Shown here piece by piece: positions 28,386-41,038 of a stretch of DNA of 64,000 nucleotides. The DNA comes from Eledone cirrhosa (taxonomy: Eukaryota): NCBI GenBank assembly GCA_964016885.1, contig OZ024743.1, positions 335,792,001-335,856,000 on the forward strand. The letters run 5' to 3'. The notes beneath the pieces were generated by a model. That model saw only the letters and a list, made by a program, of their open reading frames with translations, searched no databases and had not been told where the DNA came from. Each line of letters opens with the position of its first letter. Within the stretch, counting starts at the first letter, position 1. Made by a program: the position numbers and the translations under genes.

Positions 28386-31300
28386 ATTCCTTGAATCTCA
28401 GTCATTGATGTTGGTTAACTGGAAAGTCCGTTGGATTGAATATCAAGCCACTACCTGCAGCCTCAGATATTCAGGACGTATCGGAGGGTTCTTGCTGTTC
28501 CAAGCAAGCATGCCTTTTGAAGCGTTCCAAAAAGCGTGAAGGGGCCGATTTTCTTTAACCATCCCTGGAAACCTTTGGAGATAGTCCCCAGTGCGCCTAT
28601 GACAATCGGGATCACTTTGACTTCATGGCAGTTCCAAATCCTTTTCACCTCCCACTTTAGGTCCTGGTATCGGTTAATTTTCTCCCTCTCCTTCTCTTGC
28701 ACTCTCGTGTCGAACGGGCAGGCCACATCCACAATCAGGCACGATCTTTTTTCTTTGTCCACAACCACCAGGTCAGGTCTATTGTGTTCCAGTTTTTTGT
28801 CCGTCTGTATCCTAAAATCCCACAGCACCTTCACCTGACTGTTCTCCATCACCGCCTCTGGCCTATGCTCATACCATTTCTCAGAATGTGGTAGATTGTT
28901 TAATTTGCACAGGTGCCAGTGGATCACCCTGCCCATCACATCGTGTCTCCAGCCCTTATAGTGGGTCTGGGCTAGGTGTTTACACTCGGACACAATGTGA
29001 GCCACAGTCTCCTCTCTCTCTCCACAGATCCTGCACAGTGGGCTAGCCTCCTCCTTGTAGATATGGTGCTTCAACCACTTCGTTTTGAGGGCCTGCTCCT
29101 GCGCAGCCATTAGCATTCCTTCTGTAGCCTTTTTGAGGTCTCCTCTTCTCAACCAGTTCCATGTCTGTGGATCTCTAAATTCAGTTTTCTCAAAGAAGGT
29201 ACTATGAAGGGATTTTCCCTTAAGGCTGCTCTTCCTCCTTGATGTTATTTCCTCCTTGGACATCCCCTGGCCTACTGTCCCCTCCTTCAGTACAGTTCTG
29301 AGCATTGGCTCCTTACTATAGGTCACGTATTTGTATAGGTTGTTTTTCTCCATCTGAACACAGTCCTCTATGCTGATAAGACCTCTTCCACCCTCAGATC
29401 TCCTTAGGTAGAGTCTATCGACATCACTCCTCTTGTGGAACATGTTGTAGATAGTCAATAGCTTCCTAGTCTTCATATCCATTTCTTTTTGTTCAGCAAC
29501 ATTCCATCTCAGAATTCCCGCACTGTACCTAATAATAGACACAGCTCGGGAATTTACTGCGCTTATGGCATTTCTGCTGTTCAGATGTGACTTCAATACG
29601 CTCCTTACTCTCCGGATGTATTCAGTTCTTAACAATTCCTTCATGTTTTTGTTCTTTATGCCATCAGCCTCCAGAACGCCCAAATACTTGTACCCTTCCT
29701 CAGAGTCAATTTCCTTTATCATCTCACCTGTTGGTATCTGGATCCCGTTACTTCTGCTCAACCTACCCCTCTTCATCACAATGACTCCACATTTACCAAT
29801 ACCAAACTGCATACATATATCACTGCTGAAAATACGGACAGTGTCAAAAAGCACATCCAACTCCTTCTCACTTTTCCCGAAGAGCTTAAGATCGTCCATG
29901 AAGAGGAGGTGATTGATGGTAAGCCCTCCCCTTCCCAACTTGTATCCTGCTCTCACTTTTCGCAGCATAATGGTCAAGGGCATCAGGGCAAGGACAAACA
30001 ACAGAGGGGACAGGCTATCTCCCTGGAAGATACCTCTCTTGATCTTCACGCTTCCCAAGGATACTCCAGTTGATGTCAACTCTGTCTCCCAGGACCCCAT
30101 ACTCCTGCCCAGCAACTGTCTGATGTTATCTGCCACACTGAAGATCTCCAGGCTTTTGGTGATCCAGGAATGAGGCACCATGTCAAATGCCTTTCTGTAG
30201 TCTATCCATCCCATGGCAAGATCAGTGTGTCTCCTCCTGCAATTCCCCATTACCATCTTATCAATAAGCAACTGGTCCTTTGTACCACGTGACTTCTTTC
30301 GGCATCCTTTCTGTTCGTCCGGTAACAAGTTGTTTGTGTGGAGGTGATGGTAGATTTCCTCAGACACAATGCTCGTCAACAGTTTCCACATTACGGGCAG
30401 ACATGTGATAGGTCTATAGTTGGTAACATCATTACCCTTGATTCGGTCTTTCATTATCAGAACTGTGGTACCTTTTGTCAACCACTCTGGCACCTCACCC
30501 GACACCAAGCAGTCATTGAACATGGCCGTCAGCTTCGGGTGGAGGGATGTTAAATGTTTAATCCAATACCCCTGCACACCATCTGGGCCTGGTGATTTCC
30601 AGTTGGTTAGTTTTTTGGCTTGCCCCTTAAGAGTTTCAACTGTGATACTCAAATCAGTCTGTTGCTGTGCCTGCTCACCGATCTCCCTCTGTACTGTCTC
30701 AATCCACCCTGCCTGGGCATTGTGTCTAACATCCTGCTCCCATATTCCTCTCCAGAATGTTTTAGCTTGTTCCGCCCCAGGGATCAAGTCGTTGCCTCTT
30801 TCTTTCCCCTCAAGCTGTCCAAACAGCATCTTCTGGTTGTTGTCGAACATGCGGTTCTGTTTATACTGACTGACTCTGTTCTCGTATCGCCTGATTTTGG
30901 CACTCTTTGCTACAATGCGTTGCTTCAATTCCTCTATGATAATATTTAGCTTTTTACTCCTAGTTTTGTATTTTATTTCCAGTCTATTTTTAGTGCCTAT
31001 GTTTTTTAGTGTCCCATTCAGTAGTGACTCAAGCTTTCCTATGTCATTTCTCATTTCCCCGATTTGCCCACTCAGTCGCTTCTTCCACCATGGCTCTGCT
31101 CTTTCTTGTCTGTTGTTTCCTCTCGCTTTTATACCAAGTAGTTTCCTCACCGTATTTGCTGTTGCTTTGAGGATATTGTTGCACTGGTGAAGACTCCTCG
31201 CCTCAAGGTATGGGATGACTTTGTTTACCTTAGCTGTTGTTTCTTTTAACTTTTTCCTGTCTACAAATCTTAGGTTCATAGGTCTCCCACTATCATTGTT

Positions 31301-32931
31301 CAACTCATCTACCACTAAATTTAGGATGTCAACCGAATCTTGTCCTAGCCCGTCAGCATTCATCTCCTCAGTGGCCGTATCTCTGTTCCAGGTATTATTT
31401 ATCTCAGTATTCAGATCATTGTCTGCTTCGGGTGGTTCCTCCGTTCTCAGGACCTCCTCACCTTCATTTCCCGCCGGCTCGCTTGTCTGGCATACTACAC
31501 CCGCCATCTCCAAGCCATTCTCTCTGCTCAGTTCCTCCAGTTCCAGCTCGCTTATCCACCCATTAGTTCTTATTATCCGAGCCTGCCCGGCCAATTTTTG
31601 TTCATCTAATTTAAATAAACCAATCTCGTTCCAGATGTTATGCATCCGTCTCCTGTAGCCCCTCTCCTTGGGGTTACTTTTCAGGTAGCATTGCATAACA
31701 GTTCTATTCAATTCTTTCGTCCAGTTGGTTCTGGCCCCTTTCCTTCTTCTTCTTCCTCCAACATCAGCAGTATTTGGTTGACAGTCAGGTTCCTGCTGCT
31801 GAGCCAGGGGGCACCTGTTGGGTGAGAGTCTGTCACATGACGTTCTAGTCTCCATTTCACCGTTATTCGAACTGTTTATGTTCGATATTTAAACACTCTT
31901 ATCGAGGATTGGCGAATGTATGTTTACATAGCCATCTGTGGATCCGCCATCCCACTTGGCCCTTGTGTGGCATTATCACCACGCTGTATACGAACACACA
32001 TAAACAAACAAACACACGGGCAGAAAGGGCCCCAAAAATGAATAAGCATAAGTTTCATTGTAATGTAGTATTCGAATGTCTGACTTAGTTTTTGTTTTTT
32101 AAGTTTTACTTTTTCCCCCCTCTTCTCTGTCCGTCCGCCTGCTTCTCTCTTCATTCTTATTTTCTTTACGTTTTTGGGGTTTCTTTTTTTGTTTTTGTTT
32201 TTCTCTGTTTGTTTTTCTCGTTTTTTGCTGTTGTTGCTGTGCTGCTTTGGTTTTGTTGTTTGTTTTTTCTTTTTTCTTTTGAGTCTATCTATATATTTTG
32301 ATGCCTTCCTCTTTGTTAGTAGTAGGAATTCTATAATGTGGAAGTGGCAGCCAACAGGGAGAAGTGGGAGACTGGCGGCGTTGGCGATACTGAGACAGTG
32401 GTGGTGGTGATGTCGATACCGAGGCAGTGGTGGCGGTGATGAGACCGTATTACTGTAGTGATGGTGCTGTAGCGGTGGCAGCAGCAGTGAAGGAGTCAAG
32501 GGGTGGTGGCGGCGGTGATGGGATAGTGGTGGTAATGATGGCCGTAGTGAGCGGTGGCGGTGAAGGTGAAAATGCTGTTGTGTTTAGTGTACACAGATGA
32601 TGGGGTGGGTGGTGTATCTAGTTTCTGGTGTTGGTGAGTTTAGCTGTCCTATATAGTGTAGCCAGAGGAGAGGAGGGGGGGGGGGGTTCTTCTTCTTCCA
32701 TTTATAGCCATTTTTTTTTGGGATATACAGTGTACAATACAAAGTTGAATATTTGAATATTTGAGCCTTATAACAATATATTTTGGGTCCGAATTTTTTG
32801 GGGCTCAAGCCGGGTGCTTTACGTAGCATTTGTACTAAGAGTTGTTATTTCACAAATGATTTAAATATGTTAAAAATTCAAAACTTACGGGAGCGATTTC
32901 ATGACCTCCGTCACCTCGTGCGTCTTCTTCC
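28386..32931 (-). mobile_element. Probably full-length R4/Dong-like element, family A
   Basis: Lies between (TTA)n at 28356-28385 and (TTA)n at 32932-32953. The 5' boundary is inferred from the target repeat. Confidence 0.7.
28463..31855 (-). CDS. R4/Dong-like retrotransposon polyprotein (RT, CCHC knuckle, restriction-like endonuclease), intact 1130 aa
   Basis: KSPGPDG, YRPITCL, IDYRKAFD, QGDSLSP, FMDD, GGRGL, CRICGEREETVAHIVSEC, RHD, RPDLVVVD...IVDVACP, and a C-terminal LQKACLLGTARTLR. No APE domain. Confidence 0.95.
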   Translation of the reverse strand: METRTSCDRLSPNRCPLAQQQEPDCQPNTADVGGRRRRKGARTNWTKELNRTVMQCYLKSNPKERGYRRRMHNIWNEIGLFKLDEQKLAGQARIIRTNGWISELELEELSRENGLEMAGVVCQTSEPAGNEGEEVLRTEEPPEADNDLNTEINNTWNRDTATEEMNADGLGQDSVDILNLVVDELNNDSGRPMNLRFVDRKKLKETTAKVNKVIPYLEARSLHQCNNILKATANTVRKLLGIKARGNNRQERAEPWWKKRLSGQIGEMRNDIGKLESLLNGTLKNIGTKNRLEIKYKTRSKKLNIIIEELKQRIVAKSAKIRRYENRVSQYKQNRMFDNNQKMLFGQLEGKERGNDLIPGAEQAKTFWRGIWEQDVRHNAQAGWIETVQREIGEQAQQQTDLSITVETLKGQAKKLTNWKSPGPDGVQGYWIKHLTSLHPKLTAMFNDCLVSGEVPEWLTKGTTVLIMKDRIKGNDVTNYRPITCLPVMWKLLTSIVSEEIYHHLHTNNLLPDEQKGCRKKSRGTKDQLLIDKMVMGNCRRRHTDLAMGWIDYRKAFDMVPHSWITKSLEIFSVADNIRQLLGRSMGSWETELTSTGVSLGSVKIKRGIFQGDSLSPLLFVLALMPLTIMLRKVRAGYKLGRGGLTINHLLFMDDLKLFGKSEKELDVLFDTVRIFSSDICMQFGIGKCGVIVMKRGRLSRSNGIQIPTGEMIKEIDSEEGYKYLGVLEADGIKNKNMKELLRTEYIRRVRSVLKSHLNSRNAISAVNSRAVSIIRYSAGILRWNVAEQKEMDMKTRKLLTIYNMFHKRSDVDRLYLRRSEGGRGLISIEDCVQMEKNNLYKYVTYSKEPMLRTVLKEGTVGQGMSKEEITSRRKSSLKGKSLHSTFFEKTEFRDPQTWNWLRRGDLKKATEGMLMAAQEQALKTKWLKHHIYKEEASPLCRICGEREETVAHIVSECKHLAQTHYKGWRHDVMGRVIHWHLCKLNNLPHSEKWYEHRPEAVMENSQVKVLWDFRIQTDKKLEHNRPDLVVVDKEKRSCLIVDVACPFDTRVQEKEREKINRYQDLKWEVKRIWNCHEVKVIPIVIGALGTISKGFQGWLKKIGPFTLFGTLQKACLLGTARTLRYVLNI

Positions 32932-33217
32932 ATTATTATTATTATTATTATTATATGGGTGTTGGATTGGCAGTATCGGCAGAGCGTCGGACACTATGCT
33001 TTGCAGCATAGAGTTTTGGCCCTTTTCGGTCTAAGTTCAAATCCCGCCGAGGTTGAATTAGCTTTTCATCCATACGGGGGTCTTCAACTTGCAGGTCATG
33101 TCATGAGAGGCAAATGTTTTACTATGGGAGCCCACTAACGTAAAAACGCACACGTGGGAGACCTCTCAAGACAGTGAGTCATTGAGGAAGATACAGAATT
33201 ATCGATTGAAGACCTGA

Positions 33218-34438
33218 GGCAGTTAATGTTGGAACGAGTGAAATAGAAAGGTTTTATCATGTCACTACAAAGAAGTGGATGAACTATCTTTCACGTGTCA
33301 CTAATCAAAAAATTATAGGGTTTCTCTTATGCAACCCATATTTTATCAAATCCCAAATTTCCCAGTTTGAATGATTGTTCAATATCCAGTGATCCTGGTA
33401 TATATGATATACTCATCCTCAACTGTAAAATACCTCTTGGCGTCATTATTGATAACACGGCACCACTAATGCCGAAATAAAATGTGTTTAGATACCAGAC
33501 TGACGGTATTTCGTTGTGTAATAATTTAGTATATAGAAATATGTTACACTTATAATACCAACTGGATTCTAAATAGTACAAGAAATAATAACATTGTTAT
33601 TTAGTGACTGCACGGGTTAGCATCTAAAAATATGTTACACTTATAACATAGCATCAACTAGATTTTACATAGTAAAAAAAATTTAGTAACATTGTTATTT
33701 AGTGAATCTACGGGTCAGTATATAGAAATATGTTACACTCGTGACATAGCACTAACTTGATTCTACATAGTACAAGAAATAGTAAGAGCGTTATTTAGGT
33801 TTTAACAATTCAAAATGTGAAAAGCACATGTTACCTTAACTCCGCGTACATGTACAGACACAAATTTCATTCGAGTCTTCGACTGAAATTGGAGTTGCAT
33901 GGATTTCAATTCATTGTCTGTTTTAATGAACTATTTAAAAAAAAATCAGACTATAAGAACCACTCATCAGAAATTCGTTCAATATCTATACATTTATATC
34001 TTATATCCAGCAGTGAAGCATCTGTCACCATCTGGTCAACTGAAATGAAAATTTTCATTCGCAGAAAAAGTATGTCAAAACTAAATTTTCGAATTTGCAA
34101 TGTAACCAAATTAAGGGTCCACTAATCTCCGTGGAATATAAAGATATTCTTAATATTTTATTTATCTATTGAAAACAAAATATACAATTAATAATTGTTT
34201 CTACTTTTGGCACAAGGCCAGCAATTACCCATTACATTATGGTACTTTATTTTATCGACCCCGTAAGGATGAAAGGCAAAGTTAACCTCGGCGGGATTTG
34301 AACTCAGAATGGCAAGAGACGTAACTCTATGCGTCAAAGCATAGAGTCCGATCCTCTACCGATACTGCCAATGCACATGGTTTCTGATTTAGGCCCAAGG
34401 CCAACAATTTTAGGGGAGGGGAAAGTTGATTAAAATGA
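33218..34438 (-). repeat. Inverted paralog of segment X (more decayed pseudo-exons; internal triplication of about 95 nt at 33530-33800)
   Basis: Reverse-complement match to 21713-22759, with an acceptor AG>AA change and frameshifting indels. Confidence 0.9.
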
Positions 34439-35157
34439 CCCCCCACCTTTGTATTAAAGGTACTTTATTTTATCTACCCGGTAAGGATGAAAGGAAAAAA
34501 TAAACTCAATGGGATTTGAGCCCATCTTTTCGAAGATATAATGATTCTATAACGTGAAGTTCTAGATCAGGGGTTTCTAAATCAAGGAGTCAAAACGGCC
34601 ATTACATTCTGAAGGAGAGTCACAGCGAGTCAAAAGTGAGAAATGGAATGAGGTGTGGGGGGGGGGGGGATTTGCACCAGATATAATATTGGTTTCTGAT
34701 TTAGGTAGGAGGCCAACAAACAATTTTTGGAGTGGGGAAAGTCGATTTAATCGACCTCAGTGGATTACTGGTGTTTTATTTTATAGACCTTGTAAGGATA
34801 AAAGGCGAGATTTGAACTCAGAACGTAAAGTGACGTAACTATATACCGCAAAGCATGTTATCCGACGCTCTCTCGATACTGCTAAACCAACGCTCTATAG
34901 TTGAATAATGATTCTTAATATCACATTATAGGATCTTTATATCACATTATTAATATCACATTGTAGATCATTATAGGATATATTTTAAGCAGAAAAGAGA
35001 ACGTAAAGCAACGAAACTCTATGCCACAAAGCATTTTGTTCGACAACCTACATATACTGCCAATCCACCGTCCTTCTTCATTCCCCTGATTAATAAAAAT
35101 AGCTCACATTCGAAACATTAGAACATTTTTTAATTGCTTAAACTATTTATTAAGTTT

Positions 35158-35910
35158 CCATAATTAATTATATAAAAAAAAAAATTTATATGGAAGGGGT
35201 AAAGATAGGCAGATCTTGCTCTATAGGAAAGTAAAGAAAAGGACTATAAATGACATGGGGAGAAAAGGAGGGACAGAGCAAGAAATATTAGGCAACGGGA
35301 GAAAGAGAGGGGGGGATGACGACCGGCTCTACGCTTAGAGCGGCGCGGTATTTCTGCTGCGCCTCACGGAAAAACTGAAAAGCCATTTCCGCGGACAATG
35401 GAACAGTGACACGAGTAGCAAGAGTTACCCCCACCTCACGGGATCCTTCCTCAGTCGGACTACTAACGATTTGATTTTACGGAGGAGCTTGGCTGTACTG
35501 TGTCCGAGGACTCATGGGGTCTCGATGGTGACCAGTGCAAAGAGGAGTAGTATTATACATTAAGTAATCAACATTGATATATTACAAACCCGAAGCTATT
35601 AGTGTTATTATTGGTATCATATTGATTATCGAAGGACGTTACTCTACATCATAATCTGTTATAAAATCGCCTATTCAGTGTATCAGACAAACGTAGAATT
35701 AATAGGTTAGGTAATAGGCAGCCGTATGTTATAAAACTTAGTATTGTTATAATTATTATTATTATACGGGCGGTGGATTGGCAGTATCGGTAGAGCCGGG
35801 CACCAATCTTTGAAGCATAGAGTTACCTCCCTTAATGATCTGAGTTCAAATCCCGCCGAGGTTAACTTTGTCTTTCATCTTTACGGGGTCGATAAAGTAA
35901 AGTGCCAGTC
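35158..35910 (+). repeat. Direct paralog of segment Y carrying the empty Helitron site
   Basis: Matches 22758-23253 joined to 24130-24390. Confidence 0.9.
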
Positions 35911-36117
35911 ACGCATATAACTTTATAGAACCAGCCAACCAACCGGAAATTAATAGTAAATTGAAATGGAAACCAACAGGTGCGTCTGTTTTTATTGGGA
36001 GCATCACCCTCCGTAATTATAACAATATCTCTTCCAAGACACGTTTTCAGATGAGAAATCTTGCAAAACAAATTCAAAACCGAAGTATATTATATAACTA
36101 TATATTATATAAATATA

Positions 36118-36325
36118 TGTGGCTGAGTGGTTAGAGAATTGGATTCACAATCTTGAGGTTGTGAGTTCGATTCCTGGACCAGGCGATGCGATGTCCTTGA
36201 GCAAGACACTTTATTTTCCGTTGCTCCTTCTACCTGGAGTTGCAACCGATAGATAGTACTAGCAACTGGAAAGACCAACGGAAACATTGTTTCCTAGGTC
36301 CGATTTGACGAAAGTCGATCGATCC
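36118..36325 (+). mobile_element. Second tRNA-derived SINE family (CORE-like central motif)
   Basis: A-box tggctgagtggtta, B-box gagttcgattcc, then gtccttgagcaagacact. Relatives at 1-190 and 15960-16170. Confidence 0.7.
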
Positions 36326-36409
36326 TTATATATATATATATATTATATACATTATATAAATATATATTATATATATCATATGAATATATATTACATATAT
36401 ATTATAATG

Positions 36410-37270
36410 TATATTGGCTTCATGGTTTCGCTGGTGGAAGCCATACACCTGCGTATAGGATGTATGTGCATGCAGGTGGCTCTCTTCATAATAAGGTGTT
36501 AACTCTTCCAGAGCATTGGAGAGTCTATCTTCCACAACTTTGAAATCAATGTCTTGTGCACCTATGCCAAGATCATCAACATTGATGAAGCAGCAGGTGT
36601 CTGTACTTTTTGGTTGGTCATTGGTGAAGATTTTGAGGAGAAGTGGTGCAAATACACTTCCCTGTGGGACGCCATTCTTGAGTCTTCACATCTGCTTTTT
36701 CTCCCACCTAGCTCAATAAAGAAGCACCTGTTTTGAAGCACGCTTTCAATCAACTCCGTCAGACAGGTGTCTCTTGTGATCTCCAGGATCTTGCTAAGGA
36801 GACGTCTATGGTTCACAGTGTCATCGGCACCTGAGAGGTCGACAAACACCACATCGGTTACCATCCCTTCCTCATAACCGTCTTCGATGTACTGGGTGAG
36901 ATTGAGTACTTGGCTAGTTGTCGACCTGCCAAGGCGAAAGCCTGCTTGTTCAAGGTGGAGGTATTCGTCCACAAAGGGGCCAATTCTGTTGAGGATCATG
37001 CGTTCAAAGAGCTAGTAGGTGTGACTCAAAAGCGAGATCAGTCTGAAGTTCTTAGAAGCGGATGTATCTTTCCCAGGTTTCAGCAGTGCTATGTGAGCTT
37101 TCTTCCAGATGTTGGGGAGCTTGTATTTTGTTAAGCACTCATAGTGGAGCTGTAGAAGTCACATCATTGCCTTGTGACCGAAGTGCTTCATCTGTTCAGT
37201 TGTTATGTTATCCTGTCTAATTGCCTTTCCTGGTTTGAGGGTAGAGATTCCTACTTCCAGATCTTCTATG
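36410..37270 (-). mobile_element. Decayed LINE reverse transcriptase fragment (RTE/RTEX-like)
   Basis: EQAGFRLGRSTTSQVLNLTQYIEDG...VFVDLSGADDTVNH, with frameshifts. Confidence 0.8.
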
Positions 37271-37289
37271 ATAAACGGTCTTGTGATCT

Positions 37290-37756
37290 CCTTTCTCTTC
37301 TTTTCACTCATAAGATTGAGCACAACAAACCTGATATTGTCGTTATTGAGAAGAAGGAAATACATTGTATCTCCATAGATCTATCTTGTTCTTTGGACAA
37401 CAGAATTGAACGAAAAGACGAGAAAGTAGGGGCTTATACCGACTTAACATATGAGATCTTGAAATGCTGGGGTAATGAAGTGAAAATAGTCACCATTGCC
37501 CCAGTGGTGATTGATGCTCTAGGAATGGTAACAAAGAACCTTGAAAACCACCTGTTGAAAATAGACTTTGCATCAGAAGACATGCCTACTGGGAAGAACC
37601 CGAATATTGAGAAAGGTTCTAGACTATCAGCAGGGGTGAAATGACAAGGAATGATGTGAAAAAGGTGGAGTTATCCTAGGGTACTAGTTGTAGCTCTGTA
37701 TTCCCTCAAAGCAGCACCAAATTTGGGCGTGATAGATAACCAAATTATAATAATAA
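37290..37756 (+). mobile_element. R4/Dong-like RLE 3' fragment (third, older family)
   Basis: KIEHNKPDIVVIEK...IDLSCS...EK...Y.DL.YEI...W...PVVIDALGMV, ending in a short TAA repeat. Confidence 0.8.
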
Positions 37757-37759
37757 ACG

Positions 37760-38100
37760 TTGTGATTTAGGCACAAAGCCAACAATTGCGACACAGTGCA
37801 CTACTGGTGCTTTATTTTAACGACTCGGTATGGATGAAAGGCAAAGTTGACCTCAGCTGGATTTGAACTCAGAACGTAAAGGGTCATAATTCTAATAATT
37901 GTTTCTACTTTTGGCACAAGGCCGGCAATTATCCCAGTGCATTACTAGTGCTTTATTTTATCGACCCCGTAAGGACGAAAGGCAAAGCTAACCTCGGCGG
38001 GATTTGAACTCAGAGCGTAAAGGGCCATGACTCTATGATGCAAAGCATGGTGTCCGACGCTCTACCGATACTACCAATCCACTACTCTAATAATAATAAT
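37760..38100 (-). mobile_element. Two tandem tRNA-derived SINE copies
   Basis: Same core as the other copies. Further copies at about 19560-19960, 20265-20420, 32955-33080, 34195-34900, 38825-39012, 39820-40035 and 43280-43580. Confidence 0.8.
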
Positions 38101-39350
38101 ACTTCAAAACTAATAGCATCAAATTTATAAATATGTGTGTTCTTAAAACGAGAAGAAGCAATGTTTGCTTGAGAGACCAACATTTTGTAAAAGTCAAAAA
38201 AAAAAAGAAAGAAATATCGTTTTTGAAGTTTACTATTATGTAAAAGAAGAGACTTTTCAAATGTATATTAAAAGCCACATACATAAAAAATGTATATATA
38301 TATTGAAGATTCTAATACAGTTTTCACATATTATATTCACTATATAAGGAAGGAAAGACATGTAAGAGATACTCATTAGTCGAAAATGTCTTCAATGGTA
38401 CATTTGGCTTGTCTGCAATTTGGGCAATAACAACGGCGCCATAATATAGACATTTGAAATACATTATTGAATAAGAATTTACGTATGTATGAGTTTATGT
38501 ATGTGTGTGTGGGTGTGTGTGTATGTGTGTGTGTATTAAAGAGCGGTAAATGAAGTATCAATATAACATCAATGTATTTTTATTCACACGTGACGCCTGT
38601 TCGTAATCGATCAACTGAAGGTACTATCGGTGTAATCGGGCCCGACTCTGGAATCGATAGCTTATGAGAATTGTTGATTCTGGAAGTCTGATGAGCTATA
38701 GATTCCAGAGTCAGTTCCAATCACATACATGCATACAGACATATATACATATATACATCATGGCTGTCCCCTCGTTATCGAGTATGGTCATTGCACGATA
38801 TAACATTATTAATAATTATTAATTAATTGTTTCTACTTTTGGCACAAGGCCAGCACTCACCCAGTACATTACTGGTACTTTACTTTATCGACTCCGTATG
38901 GATGAAAGGCAAAGTTAACCTCGGCGGGATTTGAACTCAGATCGTATAGGGACGTAGCTCTATGCTAGAAATCATGTCCGACTCTCTACCGATACTGCCA
39001 ATTCACCACCCTCTATTAATAATTATTAATTAATGCTATCCTATATTAATGCCTGTGTGTGAACATTTTTTTTTAAATGAGGAAGGACTGTGCACTGAGC
39101 CAATCCCACTCTCTGAGAGTCAGTAGCTATAACCCGAAAAGAAGAAAAGATCAACATCATCGGTAACTACTGAGCCGCAGGTTTTATGTCGGAGTTATCC
39201 AAGTTTCCTGAGTTGCCTTCTCCTCGAAGAATGCCGTGACAAAGGCTAGGGGTCCTTCACTCCCAGTGGTTTAACCGCGCGATCGGGTATCCAGCTCGAT
39301 TATGTCTATGTCCCCGCGCATATATATATATACATATGTATACAAGTATA

Positions 39351-39387
<37 letters not shown>

Positions 39388-39388
39388 G

Positions 39389-39481
<93 letters not shown>

Positions 39482-40983
39482 ATATGTATATACATATTTA
39501 CACATTTTTGGATAGCCGTTGACTCTTATGAGTTCTTCCACTCTTTGTGAGTTTTTGTTTTTTGTCCTGCAGGGTGTCCAAAGTCACCCTCCTCACCAGG
39601 TAAACTTGGTGGGGTTGCCGCTTTAGCCGCCGACGACCCGACCATGTGGCAGGTTGTACTGGGTTACATTTTGCCTGTACCACTCAACAGTGACCCGATA
39701 TAGCATATATACATACATGTATGCATACTTACATACATACATGTTCTTCATAGGAATATTGCTACGGTGAGTTCGTAAGTAATACCAGTGGATAAATATA
39801 TTATCATTGTTATGTGTGCACATTGGCAGAATCGGTAGCGTGTCGGGAACCATAGTTTGCTACATAAAATTACGTCATTTATCGTTCTGAGTTCAAATCT
39901 AGTCGAAGTTAGTTTTGCTGTTCATCCTTAGTGGGTTGATAAAATAAAGTACCAGTAACACACTGGAGTCGATTTAATCGACTTTCCCTTCCCCCAACAT
40001 TGTTGGCCTAGGGCCTAAATTAGAATTTACTATTATTAAAATGTACTATCCAAGCCTGGGTTCTTACCGTTTCGGCAGAGCGTGAGTGACTGGATGTTTT
40101 TTTTTTCTTTAGGTCTGTTTCCAAAACTATCTCTTCGCCAGCGAGGCTATAATTTGATTGACATGTAGGAGAATAGGGGCTAAGTGAAGAAATGGGTGAA
40201 ATGCTGGGTTGGTGGAATAAAGCTTTTTGACGTTATCGGTTTACGTTTATGTTGGCTCGCTTGGTTTTCACGTCGATTCGAGCGACTCTTATCCTAGGCT
40301 TGCTTGGTGTTCACCTTGATTCTAGTGGTTCTTATCCGAGGAGCGGATACATATATTGTTCACCCAAGAGAAAAATTATTCAAAAGAAAGAATGAACACA
40401 GCACATCATGCAAACGCATGATTTAGAAAACATACATCAGCAGCAGACCACTGTAGACCCCTGGACGGTAAAACCTTTAACTACTATCAAATACGCACAT
40501 TCACGCGCGCGCAAACACCCACACTAACGTTATACACTACACTTGTAAATTCAATGTGACACAGTGTGACAAGGCTAGCCCTATCAATTGCAGAAACAAT
40601 TGGACAACGGGTTTCGAAACAGCTTCTATCAGCACATTTTCAATAACAAGGCATGGATCGACTTGAGGCTATGGTAAATGTTACTGTCCTAAGATGCCAC
40701 GCAATGGGATGGAACTCGGAATCTACCGATTGCGAAACGAACACCTTAACCATTCACCGATTCTACACCCACAAGATTCTGTGTGTACTCTGCCTGAAAA
40801 ACAGATGTGATGGTCACGAATTGAACTGAATACAATTGAGCATAGGCCATCCTATTTAAACAACCAGAATATTTCTACTCTGTTTTGCTGCACTTGCCAA
40901 ACCTATGAATATAATATTACATAACAGCATTGTATGACCTAGCCTAATACAACTAGCGGGATCTCTATCATTTTCACATTACA

Positions 40984-41018
<35 letters not shown>

Positions 41019-41038
41019 TTTCATTTATTAGCCACAAG

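Noticed and set aside
29565-31825. Plus-strand ORFs antisense to the R4-like ORF (likewise antisense ORFs in the Tx1 element)
   Set aside because: Shadow ORFs of the coding strand, with no motifs.
31860-31990. HDV-like ribozyme at the R4-like 5' end (also considered at 39050-39700)
   Set aside because: TCCTCG and GGCTA-like words are present, but I could not assemble the nested double pseudoknot by eye. It needs a descriptor search.
38644-38712. CTGATGA within a small inverted repeat
   Set aside because: No GAAA box at the required position. Only a 12-bp-arm hairpin.
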